This document shows, in pieces, positions 18,946 through 28,130 of a stretch of 64,000 bases of DNA. Within the stretch, counting starts at the first letter, position 1, and every line of letters starts with the position of its first letter. Below the pieces are notes generated by a model, which searched no databases, had not been told where the DNA came from, and saw only the letters and a program-made list of their open reading frames with translations. This DNA is from a virus. Location: positions 1-64,000 of the IMG/VR virus record IMGVR_UViG_3300032782_000005; one strand, 5' to 3'. The translations under genes were made by a program, and so were the position numbers.

Positions 18946-19866
18946 ATGGACGACAACCTCACCGGCATTCGACCGCCCTACCTTGGGCCAATTCCTCCCG
19001 GCTATCCTCCCCTTCGCCAACTCATGCGGGTCACAGGGCCTTCGGTCGGAGGCGTCGCGCCTGCCCTATTGGAACAGTGGGACGACAAGAACCTCGTCCT
19101 GCGCGACCGTGAGCCCGCGTTCGCGTGGGAGCCGAATCTTCTGAGTTTCCCCAAAGGAGTCTTTCAAGGACGCCTCATCTCGACCTGGCAGGGCAAGCCT
19201 CTCTTCGTCGTCAGTCTGGCCTGCTGCGGTGGAATTCCGGCGAGTTCTTCCAGTCCGTCGGTCGCGTCACCCTCGGTTCCGTCTTCAAGTTTTCCATCGT
19301 CGAGGCTGCCGTCGTCTTCCGGCATCCCATCTCCGTCGTCGCCATCCTCGCCGAAGCCGTCGCTCAGTTCCCAACCATCGGTAAGCCTTCCATCTACCAG
19401 TCCGCCGCCAACATCGTCGGTTCAGCCGCCTCCCGTTTCGTCGGCCGCTCCGAGCGCGAGCCCGTCGTCCAGTTCATCTTCCTCATCGAGCGGTTCGAGT
19501 TCTTCCAGTTCGTCATCTGGAATTGCCGGGACGATTTCAACGACGTGCTGCCCGAACCTTCTGCCGACGACGCTTTACGCAACCTTTTCGGGCTTCCTGA
19601 GCGGGACCGTGCCGATTCAATGGGCTGGCGGCCAAACGTGGACCGCAAGCACGACCCTGTGCGGCTTCACGTCGTCGGTTCAGTTGGTGTGCTCCGGAAG
19701 TGTGTGGACGCTGCAAATCTCGGCAGGCGGCGGGTCATCATGCTTCGTGCCTACGACATCAGCCCAGGCTGGAGGAATGTGCCTCCCCTTCATGCAGACG
19801 TTCAACATGACTGGCCTGAGCGGATGCTGCGCCGGCCAGAACTTTACGGTCGTCGTGACTGAGTGA
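18946..19866 (+). CDS. Virion adhesin-like protein B: shared N-terminal domain, long Ser/Pro linker, Cys-rich domain
   Basis: ATG after GAGG; ~95-aa Ser/Pro tract; CC-bounded C-terminal domain. Confidence 0.65.
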   Translation: MDDNLTGIRPPYLGPIPPGYPPLRQLMRVTGPSVGGVAPALLEQWDDKNLVLRDREPAFAWEPNLLSFPKGVFQGRLISTWQGKPLFVVSLACCGGIPASSSSPSVASPSVPSSSFPSSRLPSSSGIPSPSSPSSPKPSLSSQPSVSLPSTSPPPTSSVQPPPVSSAAPSASPSSSSSSSSSGSSSSSSSSGIAGTISTTCCPNLLPTTLYATFSGFLSGTVPIQWAGGQTWTASTTLCGFTSSVQLVCSGSVWTLQISAGGGSSCFVPTTSAQAGGMCLPFMQTFNMTGLSGCCAGQNFTVVVTE

Positions 19867-20239
19867 TCCGGGCCACGACCTTTCTGGTTATGTCCCGGTC
19901 CCCGCGGATGAGCCACGGACCCATGCGAACACCGTCCCAGTCCATGACGTGGCTGGGGCCGATCCGGGAACAACACACGACGCCCTTCCACCGCGACGAG
20001 TCCTCCTCGGAGGTCGTCAAATGATTGAGATCGTCAAAGGGCACGTCGTCAACGCTGAGGTAGAGGCAGGAAGGGCAGACGGAGGAATGGAGGCCGAGAT
20101 CGGAAGTGCGACTGACGAACTCGGCGTAATCGCTCGGCGGATTCTCCCGTGGATGCGCCATCTTCCACGCGGCGGCGAACAGACAGGCTCCGGCCAGCGC
20201 GACCGGGACGAGGACGAAGAGGATATTGCGGCGTTTCAT
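19844..20239 (-). CDS. Hypothetical membrane/secreted protein
   Basis: AGGAGG RBS; MKRRNILFVLVPVALAG. Confidence 0.6.
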   Translation of the reverse strand: MKRRNILFVLVPVALAGACLFAAAWKMAHPRENPPSDYAEFVSRTSDLGLHSSVCPSCLYLSVDDVPFDDLNHLTTSEEDSSRWKGVVCCSRIGPSHVMDWDGVRMGPWLIRGDRDITRKVVARITQSRRP

Positions 20240-20250
20240 GGATGAGCCTC

Positions 20251-20487
20251 CTATCGGATTATACGCGGCAAGCACGGCCCCATCGGCAGGTTCTTCCTCT
20301 CCAGCCTCACCGCCTTCTTCGCCGCCCAGCGCAGGTGCCTCATGGCATAGTCCAGCGGGATGGAGCGCCACTCCTGATCGTCGGGCTGGGTGACGATGCC
20401 GGGGCGCGCCTTGGGGACGAGGTAGTCGAGCCGGTCCATCAGGGACAGGCCCAAAAGGATGTGGGCGGCGCGGCGGGAGAGGATCAT
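20251..20487 (-). CDS. Hypothetical protein
   Basis: AAGGGG RBS. Confidence 0.45.
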   Translation of the reverse strand: MILSRRAAHILLGLSLMDRLDYLVPKARPGIVTQPDDQEWRSIPLDYAMRHLRWAAKKAVRLERKNLPMGPCLPRIIR

Positions 20488-20552
20488 GCGAGCCCCTTTT
20501 GTTCGGCGATCCATTCGGTCACGGAGCGGCGTTAGTCATGGGTGGACTCCTT

Positions 20553-20978
20553 TCAGGAAACGTGAGACGCGGTGATTCCGTAATGGCGGTAAGACGCCGT
20601 GCCGGAGTAGGTTGAGCGAAGCGTCCGAATCAGCCCATCAGGATCGTTTATGTGCGGATAGTTGAGGCTCCCATCTCTATTATTCCGTGGAGACCGACTC
20701 CAATGGCTGTCCGAGAATGGCACCTCGTTTCCTCCCTTGAAGACTCCGCATTCGTGCAGTCGTTTCTTGAGCCACAGACGCCACATTCCCCGGCTCCAGT
20801 AGTGGAAAGCGACGTTCCTCATTTCCGCAAGAACCCGCTCGCAGGCTTGGCCCAGGGCGTGAACGTCAACGCCAACCTGATATTCCCACATGAGGCGCAC
20901 GGCGAGCGTCGGCCAGTCGCGACGGTTGACTTCGTGAAAGATGATGCATTCCGGTCGTTCTGGCGTGAAACTCATCAT
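20553..20978 (-). CDS. Hypothetical protein (lower GC)
   Basis: GAGGAG RBS; codon usage differs from flanking genes. Confidence 0.45.
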   Translation of the reverse strand: MMSFTPERPECIIFHEVNRRDWPTLAVRLMWEYQVGVDVHALGQACERVLAEMRNVAFHYWSRGMWRLWLKKRLHECGVFKGGNEVPFSDSHWSRSPRNNRDGSLNYPHINDPDGLIRTLRSTYSGTASYRHYGITASHVS

Positions 20979-21074
20979 GGGTATTCGACTCCTCTTCTTT
21001 CCACCTGCCCAAGGTGACAACCCATCCCCTAGGCGCATGGAAGTGATTTCACAATCACAACCCGCGTGCCGCTA

Positions 21075-21209
21075 TCACGGACAATGCGGATGGGTGACTA
21101 GCGAAAGTGTACCACTACCGGCTTCCGGCCAGAAGATCGGGGCGATGCCCAGCTCGCACTCTTCCTGAATCAGACAGCAGAGATTGTGGCAGAGGAACTT
21201 GCACAGCAC
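21075..21209 (-). pseudogene. C-terminal remnant of a DDE transposase
   Basis: VLCKFLCHNLCCLIQEECELGIAPIFW resembles the tail of IS4/IS5-like transposases; no catalytic region upstream. Confidence 0.5.
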
Positions 21210-21743
21210 GCGATTCGAGCAACCAGATACTTGAGTTCCCGTTCTAAAAGCTGGGGGCACGGCTCGTGGCCGTGCCCAAGGTGCGTCACAAGTTCTCGGG
21301 AGGGGTGCGCTACGGCGCCAACCATCACGCACACTTCCGAGTAGAGGGACGTAATCTACCATGAAGTGCCGTAAGAAAGCAATCCCGCTTTCGCCGGATG
21401 AAGACCAACTTCTACGTCATTTGTACGTAGAACGACGGATTCCGAGCCGGACGACCCTATCGACGTTCAGGTGGACGTAGTTTGATGACCCCATGCCCAT
21501 CTCCTTCGCTTGTACTCCGAACGAATAGCGCACCTCCCCTACCCCTCCATACTTTTCGCGTGGAATCCATGCGCAGCGGCCTTTCGCCACGTCTCACGAC
21601 GTTGCTGTTTTATCGGTCGTAATTAGCCTTGCCGCTGGCCGTGTCACTTCGCAGACCTCTTGATTCAGCGTTGCCCATCCGGGGGCTATGGCCTAGACGG
21701 CGAGAAGTGCAATTTGATATGCTGATCTCGCCGTCACGTGTTT

Positions 21744-21787
21744 GGCCGTCGAGAAGTCTTGGCAGGCTCTCGGCGGCCTTTTTCTTT
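21744..21787 (+). terminator. Rho-independent terminator
   Basis: GGCCGTCGAGA/TCTCGGCGGCC stem followed by TTTTTCTTT. Confidence 0.6.
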
Positions 21788-21836
21788 CAGGCCCACTCTA
21801 CCGCGCCCGCCCCGAGAATCAAATAGAATCTTCTTC

Positions 21837-23090
21837 ATGAAGCCCTGCGGCCATCCCCCGGACCAGCCCGTCGAATCCTGCCGTGTGTGTTTCTTGTACT
21901 CCACCCGCCTCGACTACCGCGCCCTCTGGGACGCTACTGGTAATTTTACCAGTAGAAAATTGTCGTATCTCAAATGCGCCTTTTTAAGCCGCCGCGCCCG
22001 CAACGAAGACGGCACGGTGAAGACGCGAGCCTGCGCCCCCTGCGGCGGCAAACAACTGGAGGTATTCCGGTGCGTCTGTCCGTCGCTTAGAATCGGCGAA
22101 TCGGATCACGAGACGACGCTGGCCGAATGCGAGACGTGCCCACACAGGACGAGGGGAACGATGCCCGACGCGCGGAAACTGATCCTCAGGAACCACCTTT
22201 CCCCCGGCGACGTTCTCGTGATGACCGCCGCGATCCACTCGCTGCACAAGGCGCACCCCGGAAGGTTCCGGATCGCCGTCGATACAGCCTGCCCGGCGAT
22301 CTTCGAGAACAGCCCGGAGGTCGAGCCGCTGGATAAGGCGCGCGAGGAGAAATGGGAGGAAATGGATACGCATTATCCTTTGGTGAACGAGTGCAACCAG
22401 AGGGGCATCCATTTCATGCAAGCGTACTGCTCATATTTCGAGGACAATCTGCAAGTCCGCGTTCCACTGGCGACGAACAGGCCGATGGTGTGGCTCAGCG
22501 CCGAGGAGAAGGGCTGGATGAATCAGGTCGAGGAGGCGTTCAAATACAAGGGGAGGTTCTGGCTCGTCAACGCCGGGCGAAAGAATGACTACACCTGCAA
22601 GCACTGGGGAACGGAATCCTTCCAGCGCGTCGTCGATTCACTCCGGGGCAAGGTCGTGTTCGTGCAAGTCGGCGCGGCAGAGCATCATCATCCACCGCTC
22701 AGGAACGTCCTGAACCTCGTCGGCAAGACCGACCTGAGGCAATTGATCCGCCTCTGCTGGCACGCGGACGGCGTTCTGTGCGGCGTGACGATGCTCCACC
22801 ATTTGGCGGCGGCCCTGGAAAAACGCTGCGTGACGATCATGGGCGGGCGCGAGCCGGTCCAATGGAACTCGTACCCTCGTTGCCAACTCCTGCACACCAT
22901 CGGCTCGCTCTCCTGCTGTCGAGACGGAGGGTGCTGGAAGTCGCGCGTCATCGCCCTGCCCGACAACGCCGAACAGAACAACTCGCTTTGCGAGCAACCT
23001 CAACCGGGCGACGAACCGATTCCCCGTTGTATGAGCCTTATCCGCCCCGACGACGTGGCGTCGAAGGTCGCGCTCTTGACGACGGCATGA
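21837..23090 (+). CDS. GT9 (ADP-heptose heptosyltransferase-like) glycosyltransferase with Cys-rich N-terminal domain
   Basis: SPGDVLVMTAAIHSL, FVQVG, NLVGKTDLRQLIRL, HLAAALEK..VTI.GG, C-terminal C..CW...C...CM..I.P..V. Confidence 0.85.
   Translation: MKPCGHPPDQPVESCRVCFLYSTRLDYRALWDATGNFTSRKLSYLKCAFLSRRARNEDGTVKTRACAPCGGKQLEVFRCVCPSLRIGESDHETTLAECETCPHRTRGTMPDARKLILRNHLSPGDVLVMTAAIHSLHKAHPGRFRIAVDTACPAIFENSPEVEPLDKAREEKWEEMDTHYPLVNECNQRGIHFMQAYCSYFEDNLQVRVPLATNRPMVWLSAEEKGWMNQVEEAFKYKGRFWLVNAGRKNDYTCKHWGTESFQRVVDSLRGKVVFVQVGAAEHHHPPLRNVLNLVGKTDLRQLIRLCWHADGVLCGVTMLHHLAAALEKRCVTIMGGREPVQWNSYPRCQLLHTIGSLSCCRDGGCWKSRVIALPDNAEQNNSLCEQPQPGDEPIPRCMSLIRPDDVASKVALLTTA
21934..21955. repeat. 22-bp palindrome copy 3 (exact), inside GT9 CDS
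   Basis: CTACTGGTAATTTTACCAGTAG. Confidence 0.95.
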
Positions 23091-23246
23091 GGCCGGGTTA
23101 CTATCCCTCCACATGGGAACCGCGCTGAGGGAATTAAAGACCTGCTTGCGTTGCGGATGGCGCTGGTTTTCGCGCAAGCCGTTCCCGCCGCGCTGTCCGA
23201 ACCCGAAGTGCCGAAGCCCATACTGGAACAAGCCAAAGGCGAAGTT

Positions 23247-23720
23247 ATGATTGCCTCGGAATGCCGCTGCTGCGAAATGAACGCCGCCGACCGCCCTTCA
23301 TGGGGAGACGGTCCGTGGGCCAACGAGCCGGATCGCGCCGAATGGGAACACAATGGTCTGCCTTGCATCACTCACCGTGGCGGAAACGGCGCATGGTGCG
23401 GTTACGTCGGCGTGCCTCCAACTCACCCGTTGCACGGCAAGCGCTACGGCGAGGTTGACTTGGAGGTGCATGGCGGCCTGACCTATTCGGACGCTTGCCA
23501 TGGCCACATCTGCCACACTCCCAAGCCGGGCGAGGGCGACGATGTGTGGTGGTTCGGGTTTGACTGCGCTCATGCCTTTGATCTCTGTCCGACCATCGAC
23601 GCGAAAATGCGAGATTACATCTTCCACGGCATACCAGAAGGCCACTACTGGACGCTGGAAGAGGTCCGCGCCGAAGTGAACCAGCTTGCCGATCAATTGG
23701 CGGCCTTGATGGTGAAGTGA
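23247..23720 (+). CDS. Conserved phage hypothetical protein
   Basis: WCGYVGVP..HP..G, VHGGLTYS, WWFGFDCAH motifs; start uncertain. Confidence 0.75.
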   Translation: MIASECRCCEMNAADRPSWGDGPWANEPDRAEWEHNGLPCITHRGGNGAWCGYVGVPPTHPLHGKRYGEVDLEVHGGLTYSDACHGHICHTPKPGEGDDVWWFGFDCAHAFDLCPTIDAKMRDYIFHGIPEGHYWTLEEVRAEVNQLADQLAALMVK

Positions 23721-23920
23721 TGGGCTACTTCCCCGGCTACGACAACGAACCATGCTGGTTCTGTGGTCGCTCAGACTGCAACGGCAACCATTCAGGACCG
23801 TCGGCTGACGCGGCGCGGGAGAGGATCACGCACTTCGAGCGCGGCTTCGGCCATCCGTCTTGCCCGTGTCAGTCGTGCCGCGAAATGCGTGAACGGGAAG
23901 CGAACCGGAGGAAGGAATGA
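23717..23920 (+). CDS. Small Cys-rich protein
   Basis: Coupled to neighbours on both sides. Confidence 0.5.
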   Translation: MMGYFPGYDNEPCWFCGRSDCNGNHSGPSADAARERITHFERGFGHPSCPCQSCREMREREANRRKE

Positions 23921-24216
23921 AGTCGGACAAGAAGATCATCCCCCTTGGCGACCGCGTTCTCCTGCGTCTATCCGAGCCGCAGAAGCAGCAGGGCCGCATC
24001 CTCCTGCCCGAGAAGTTCGCTCCCAAACCGCAGAGCGGGGAAGTGCTTGCGGTGGGGCCGGACTGCAAGTGCGAAAAGAGCATGAAAGGCGATGAGCAGC
24101 GCATTCGCCCAGAAATGGTCGTCATCTTCAACCAGTACGCCGGCACCACTGTCCCCGGCGACGACACACTCCTTCTGATCCGCGAGGACGAGTTGCTGGG
24201 GGTCATGGAAGCGTGA
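23917..24216 (+). CDS. groES: Co-chaperonin GroES/Cpn10
   Basis: IIPLGDRVLL...GRILLP...GEVLAVGP...F.QYAGT.V...LIREDELLGV. Confidence 0.9.
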   Translation: MKSDKKIIPLGDRVLLRLSEPQKQQGRILLPEKFAPKPQSGEVLAVGPDCKCEKSMKGDEQRIRPEMVVIFNQYAGTTVPGDDTLLLIREDELLGVMEA

Positions 24217-24467
24217 GAAGCCCCGATCTAGCCTCTTGGCATTCCAGTCGGGTCGCTAAACTCGTTGAGGCGGCGCGTTACAACGAGGCTCTTGACGAAG
24301 AAAACGACCGTCTGAAGCCTTCAGGGGAAGAGACGTTGTTCGTGGATGGCCTGCGAGCGCTGGGATTCAGCGACAAGCAGATCAGACTTCTTCATGAGGT
24401 CGATTCCCTGCTCTGCAAGTCATGCCGCGACGACTGGGCAGGTTGCCGTTGCTGGGACGATTCGTAA
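24213..24467 (+). CDS. Hypothetical protein
   Basis: GTGA coupling; C-terminal CxxC..CxC. Confidence 0.5.
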   Translation: MRSPDLASWHSSRVAKLVEAARYNEALDEENDRLKPSGEETLFVDGLRALGFSDKQIRLLHEVDSLLCKSCRDDWAGCRCWDDS

Positions 24468-24480
24468 TCGGAGTCATGGA

Positions 24481-24678
24481 ATGAAACTGACCAAGGGCGA
24501 CTGGCTCCTTCGCCTCACCGAGGTCGAGGACGACCTTCTCCGGGCGCGAGAATGTCGCTTCGGCCATTACCGCGACAGAGACATCATCGCGTTGGAGGCT
24601 TATCTTCAATGGCTCGAGAGCAAGGCACGGAAAGCGGGGTGGGAGAGTCCGACGCAGACCGTTTCGAGGCCGTCCTGA
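24481..24678 (+). CDS. Hypothetical protein
   Basis: GGAG upstream. Confidence 0.45.
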   Translation: MKLTKGDWLLRLTEVEDDLLRARECRFGHYRDRDIIALEAYLQWLESKARKAGWESPTQTVSRPS

Positions 24679-24818
24679 AAGAACTGGTCTCTACCGTCCG
24701 CGAGGCCATCGAGAAACGAAAGAACATGGGCGACCACCGGCAGCGCAAACGGCTGGAGGCCGCGCTGGAGGCGTACACGGTGCTGGTCGAGGAGTTGTAC
24801 GGGAGCGAACGCGAATGA
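24639..24818 (+). CDS. Hypothetical helical protein
   Basis: Stop coupled to the next gene; start uncertain. Confidence 0.4.
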   Translation: MGESDADRFEAVLKELVSTVREAIEKRKNMGDHRQRKRLEAALEAYTVLVEELYGSERE

Positions 24819-26683
24819 GCGTGCTTTATCTGGCCTTTAACGGCCACCCCGACATGGGCCAGTTCCTCGGCGACACCATCGTCTCCGTCAAGGCGGCGTA
24901 CCTGATGGCGCGGGCAACTCCCTGCTCGCGCTACCTGCTCGGCCTCTCCCCCAAATCCCCACTCAACTTCCTCTGGGACAAGTTCATCGAGACCTTCCAC
25001 GTCGAGGTCGTCTACGACACGTTCCATCCGGGGAACATGGACCAACGGTTCGACAGTTGGAACAAGGCGTTCAACCGCCGCGAGATCGACGGGCGGAAAT
25101 TCGACCACTACCGCGAACTCTACCGGCGGATCGACGGAGGCCACAGGCAGGGCGTTCTCTGCGGCGGTGAGCGCGGATTGGGTCGAAAGAACGTCTTCGA
25201 GTACGTCTACTATGGCCAGGAGAACAAGCCAGAAGGGCCATGCGAAGGCGGCGCGGAGTTTGCCGACGACCTGATCGCGCATCCCGTCGTCCCACCAGAA
25301 TACGACGTGCTGATCGCGCCCTATGCCAAATGCCAGGGCAACGGGACGTTCACGTTTGCGTTCTGGGACAGAGTGACTCGCTTGCTTGTGGAGAGCGGCG
25401 TCAAGGTCACGGTCAACCATCACGGAGAGTTCTGCGAGGACCTGAAAGCCGGCGGTCTCTACCGTCGCATCTACCCTCCGTTCAAGGACCTGCTCCCCGA
25501 AGTCTGTCGTCACCGCCTCGTGTCCTGTGGGAACACTGGCGTCGGCTGGGTCGCAGGCGCCTGCGGAATTCCGCTTCTGGCCATGCAGCCGCCCGACTCG
25601 AACATGCAGGACTACCGTTACGAATGGTGCGGCGTGCAATCCCTGCGCGAGTTTGTGGAGGACCCCGATGCCGAGTACGTCGTCAAACGGATTCAGGAGG
25701 AACTGGAAACGAGGACGGTGCTCACCACGGGCTGCTTCGACATACTCCATGCAGGCCACATACGCCACCTTGAGGAATCGCGCTCATTCGGAAATCGTCT
25801 GGTCGTGGCGCTCAATTCCGACGCTTCCGTCCGCTCCCTCAAGGGCGCGGATCGCCCCATACACAATCAGGCCGAAAGGGAATTCGTCTTGAGGGCCATG
25901 CGCTGCGTCGATGACGTTCAGGTCTTCGACGGCGACAACGCCCTTCGTCTGATTCACAAACTTCGCCCCGCGGTCCTGACCAACGGCTCCGACCACAAAC
26001 TGGAAGAGATCGTCGGCAAGGACTTCGTGGAATCCTACGGTGGAAAGGTGGTCGTCACCGACGGCTCGCGCACACAGACTTCAACCAGGATCATCCAGAC
26101 CGTCATCAAGCAGGTGGACGTTCTGACGGCATGTCGGGAGGCCGCCAATCTGAGCCCGAACCCGTTCCCAAAGATGAAGCTCCTGGCCGATCAGTTCCTG
26201 TCGGTGAAGGACTTGCCAGCCGCCGCAGCGGACGTTGGAGCATACCGGGGGGCATGTTCCCTCGTCATGCGGCGGCTGGCGCCGGAGAAGGAGCTGCACC
26301 TGTTCGACACATGGTCGGGCAATCCCCACGAGGACCCGCTATGTCACCACAGAAAAGGGGAATGGGCCGCCGACCTCGCCGAGTGCAAGAAGGTCGTGGG
26401 TTCAGACGCACGAACCCATTACCACGTCGGCGTCTTCCCCGAATCGGTGAATGGCGAATCGTCGGCGAGGTTCTGCTTCGTCGTGATCGACGGCGACACT
26501 TACCAGACCACAAAGGACGCCATCGCCTTCTTCTGGCCCCGCCTAGTCGAGGGCGGGAAGCTGTTCATCGACGATTACGATTGGCAACCATGCGCTGGCG
26601 TCCGCAAGGCCGTGGACGAGGCGTTCACGGACGCACAGCGGACAGTGTTCGGCAGCGAGAAAACCTGCGTGGTGAAGAAATGA
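24815..26683 (+). CDS. Tri-domain fusion: GT9-like + RfaE domain II nucleotidyltransferase + TylF/MycF-type O-methyltransferase
   Basis: LGDTIV...NTGVGWVAGACGIP; TTGCFDILHAGH...VALNSDASVRSLKG.DRPI; DVGAYRG..S, LFDTW.G, IDGDTY..T, GG...IDDY. Confidence 0.85.
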   Translation: MSVLYLAFNGHPDMGQFLGDTIVSVKAAYLMARATPCSRYLLGLSPKSPLNFLWDKFIETFHVEVVYDTFHPGNMDQRFDSWNKAFNRREIDGRKFDHYRELYRRIDGGHRQGVLCGGERGLGRKNVFEYVYYGQENKPEGPCEGGAEFADDLIAHPVVPPEYDVLIAPYAKCQGNGTFTFAFWDRVTRLLVESGVKVTVNHHGEFCEDLKAGGLYRRIYPPFKDLLPEVCRHRLVSCGNTGVGWVAGACGIPLLAMQPPDSNMQDYRYEWCGVQSLREFVEDPDAEYVVKRIQEELETRTVLTTGCFDILHAGHIRHLEESRSFGNRLVVALNSDASVRSLKGADRPIHNQAEREFVLRAMRCVDDVQVFDGDNALRLIHKLRPAVLTNGSDHKLEEIVGKDFVESYGGKVVVTDGSRTQTSTRIIQTVIKQVDVLTACREAANLSPNPFPKMKLLADQFLSVKDLPAAAADVGAYRGACSLVMRRLAPEKELHLFDTWSGNPHEDPLCHHRKGEWAADLAECKKVVGSDARTHYHVGVFPESVNGESSARFCFVVIDGDTYQTTKDAIAFFWPRLVEGGKLFIDDYDWQPCAGVRKAVDEAFTDAQRTVFGSEKTCVVKK

Positions 26684-27303
26684 GCGGCGAAGCCTACGAC
26701 GAGTCGTACTTCCTTCGCGGCAAGGAAACAGGCAAGTCGTGCTACACGAACTACTCATGGATGCCGATGCTGACGATCCCCATGGCGCGGGTGATGGCCG
26801 CCCGGCTGGGGATCAAGCCCGAAGAGACGATCTGCGACTTCGGCGCGGCCAGGGGCTACGTCGTCAAGGCGTTCCGCGAACTCGGCTACACGGCGTTCGG
26901 CGTCGATGCCTCACAATGGGCCGTGGAAAATTGTCACCCCGACGTGAAGCCGTTCCTGACCTGCGACAAGCGGGTGAGCCGTTACTACGACTGGATCATC
27001 GCCAAGGACGTTCTGGAGCATGTCGTCGAACTTGAGGCGACGGTCGAGAACTTGATGCAGAAGGCGCACGTCGGCCTCTTCGTCGTCGTGCCGCTGTCCG
27101 CGAAGGACGGAGAGCGCTACATAGCCGAAGAATATGAACTGGACATGACCCACGTTCACCGACTGACGCTGGCGACATGGGCGGCGATGTTCATTCGCCC
27201 CGGTTGGTCGGTCGAGGCGACCTACCGCGCCAAGGGCATCAAGGACAGTTGGGACCACCTGGGGCCGTGCAACGGATTCTTGGTTGTTAAGAGGAACGGC
27301 TGA
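26680..27303 (+). CDS. Class I SAM-dependent methyltransferase
   Basis: DFGAARGYVV...GVDASQWA...KDVLEHV. Confidence 0.85.
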   Translation: MSGEAYDESYFLRGKETGKSCYTNYSWMPMLTIPMARVMAARLGIKPEETICDFGAARGYVVKAFRELGYTAFGVDASQWAVENCHPDVKPFLTCDKRVSRYYDWIIAKDVLEHVVELEATVENLMQKAHVGLFVVVPLSAKDGERYIAEEYELDMTHVHRLTLATWAAMFIRPGWSVEATYRAKGIKDSWDHLGPCNGFLVVKRNG

Positions 27304-28130
27304 TGAAGACGCTTGGGGCGTGCTTGAACTTTTTTAATGAGGCAGACGCCCTCCCAGGCTGGCTCGAATCCGCTTCGCGCTGGGCCGACGACATTGCCGC
27401 CTACCAGGCCGGTCCGAACGGCGAGGAAAGCGACGATGGCTCCATTGAGATACTGGAAAAGTGGCGCATCCCCATCCACCGCGGCTCGATCAACGAGGGC
27501 TTCGGCATCGTCCGCACGGCGGCTGTCAGAGCCTGCAAGACGGACTACGTGATGCTGCTCGACGCCGACGAACGATTCCTCCACTCGGGCCAGGTTCTGA
27601 CCTGTTCGGGTGAGAACACATCGCTGGAAGTTGAGCAACAGGTCTTGCAGGAGTACGACACCGGCGAGCCGGGCCAATGTCCGGCCAACTGGGAGAACCT
27701 GTCTAAACTGGGCGCGAAACTGTCCGTCTCGTTCGGCGAAGTATACAACCAGGCGGCCTGGGTCAAGGACTTCATCCAGCACGGCGACCTCGACGCCGTG
27801 TGCATGATCCGCCGCCACTGGCACGACTTCACCTTCAAGCGCCCCACGCAGAACTGGCACACGCGGCCGGACTACCAGATTCGGCTGGTGCGCAACCGCG
27901 ACGACGTTCACTGGGACGCCAACACGAAGATGCACGAGACGCTGGTTCCTGGCAACCGGAACATCTACCAGCCCAACCACACCCACGGCCCCTTCTACGA
28001 CCACTTCCACTGCTTCTTCAAGAGGCTGTCTCCCCTCAAGCGCCAGTTCGCCGTGCGCGTTTACCGTGCCATCCATTACGGTCACGCGGTGCCGTCGTGG
28101 AAGGCGTTCAAGAAGGAGTACGGCGGGTGA
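27303..28130 (+). CDS. GT2-family glycosyltransferase
   Basis: NEADALP.WLES, S.DGS.EI, F...R......TDYVMLLDADE, MHE. Confidence 0.8.
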   Translation: MKTLGACLNFFNEADALPGWLESASRWADDIAAYQAGPNGEESDDGSIEILEKWRIPIHRGSINEGFGIVRTAAVRACKTDYVMLLDADERFLHSGQVLTCSGENTSLEVEQQVLQEYDTGEPGQCPANWENLSKLGAKLSVSFGEVYNQAAWVKDFIQHGDLDAVCMIRRHWHDFTFKRPTQNWHTRPDYQIRLVRNRDDVHWDANTKMHETLVPGNRNIYQPNHTHGPFYDHFHCFFKRLSPLKRQFAVRVYRAIHYGHAVPSWKAFKKEYGG

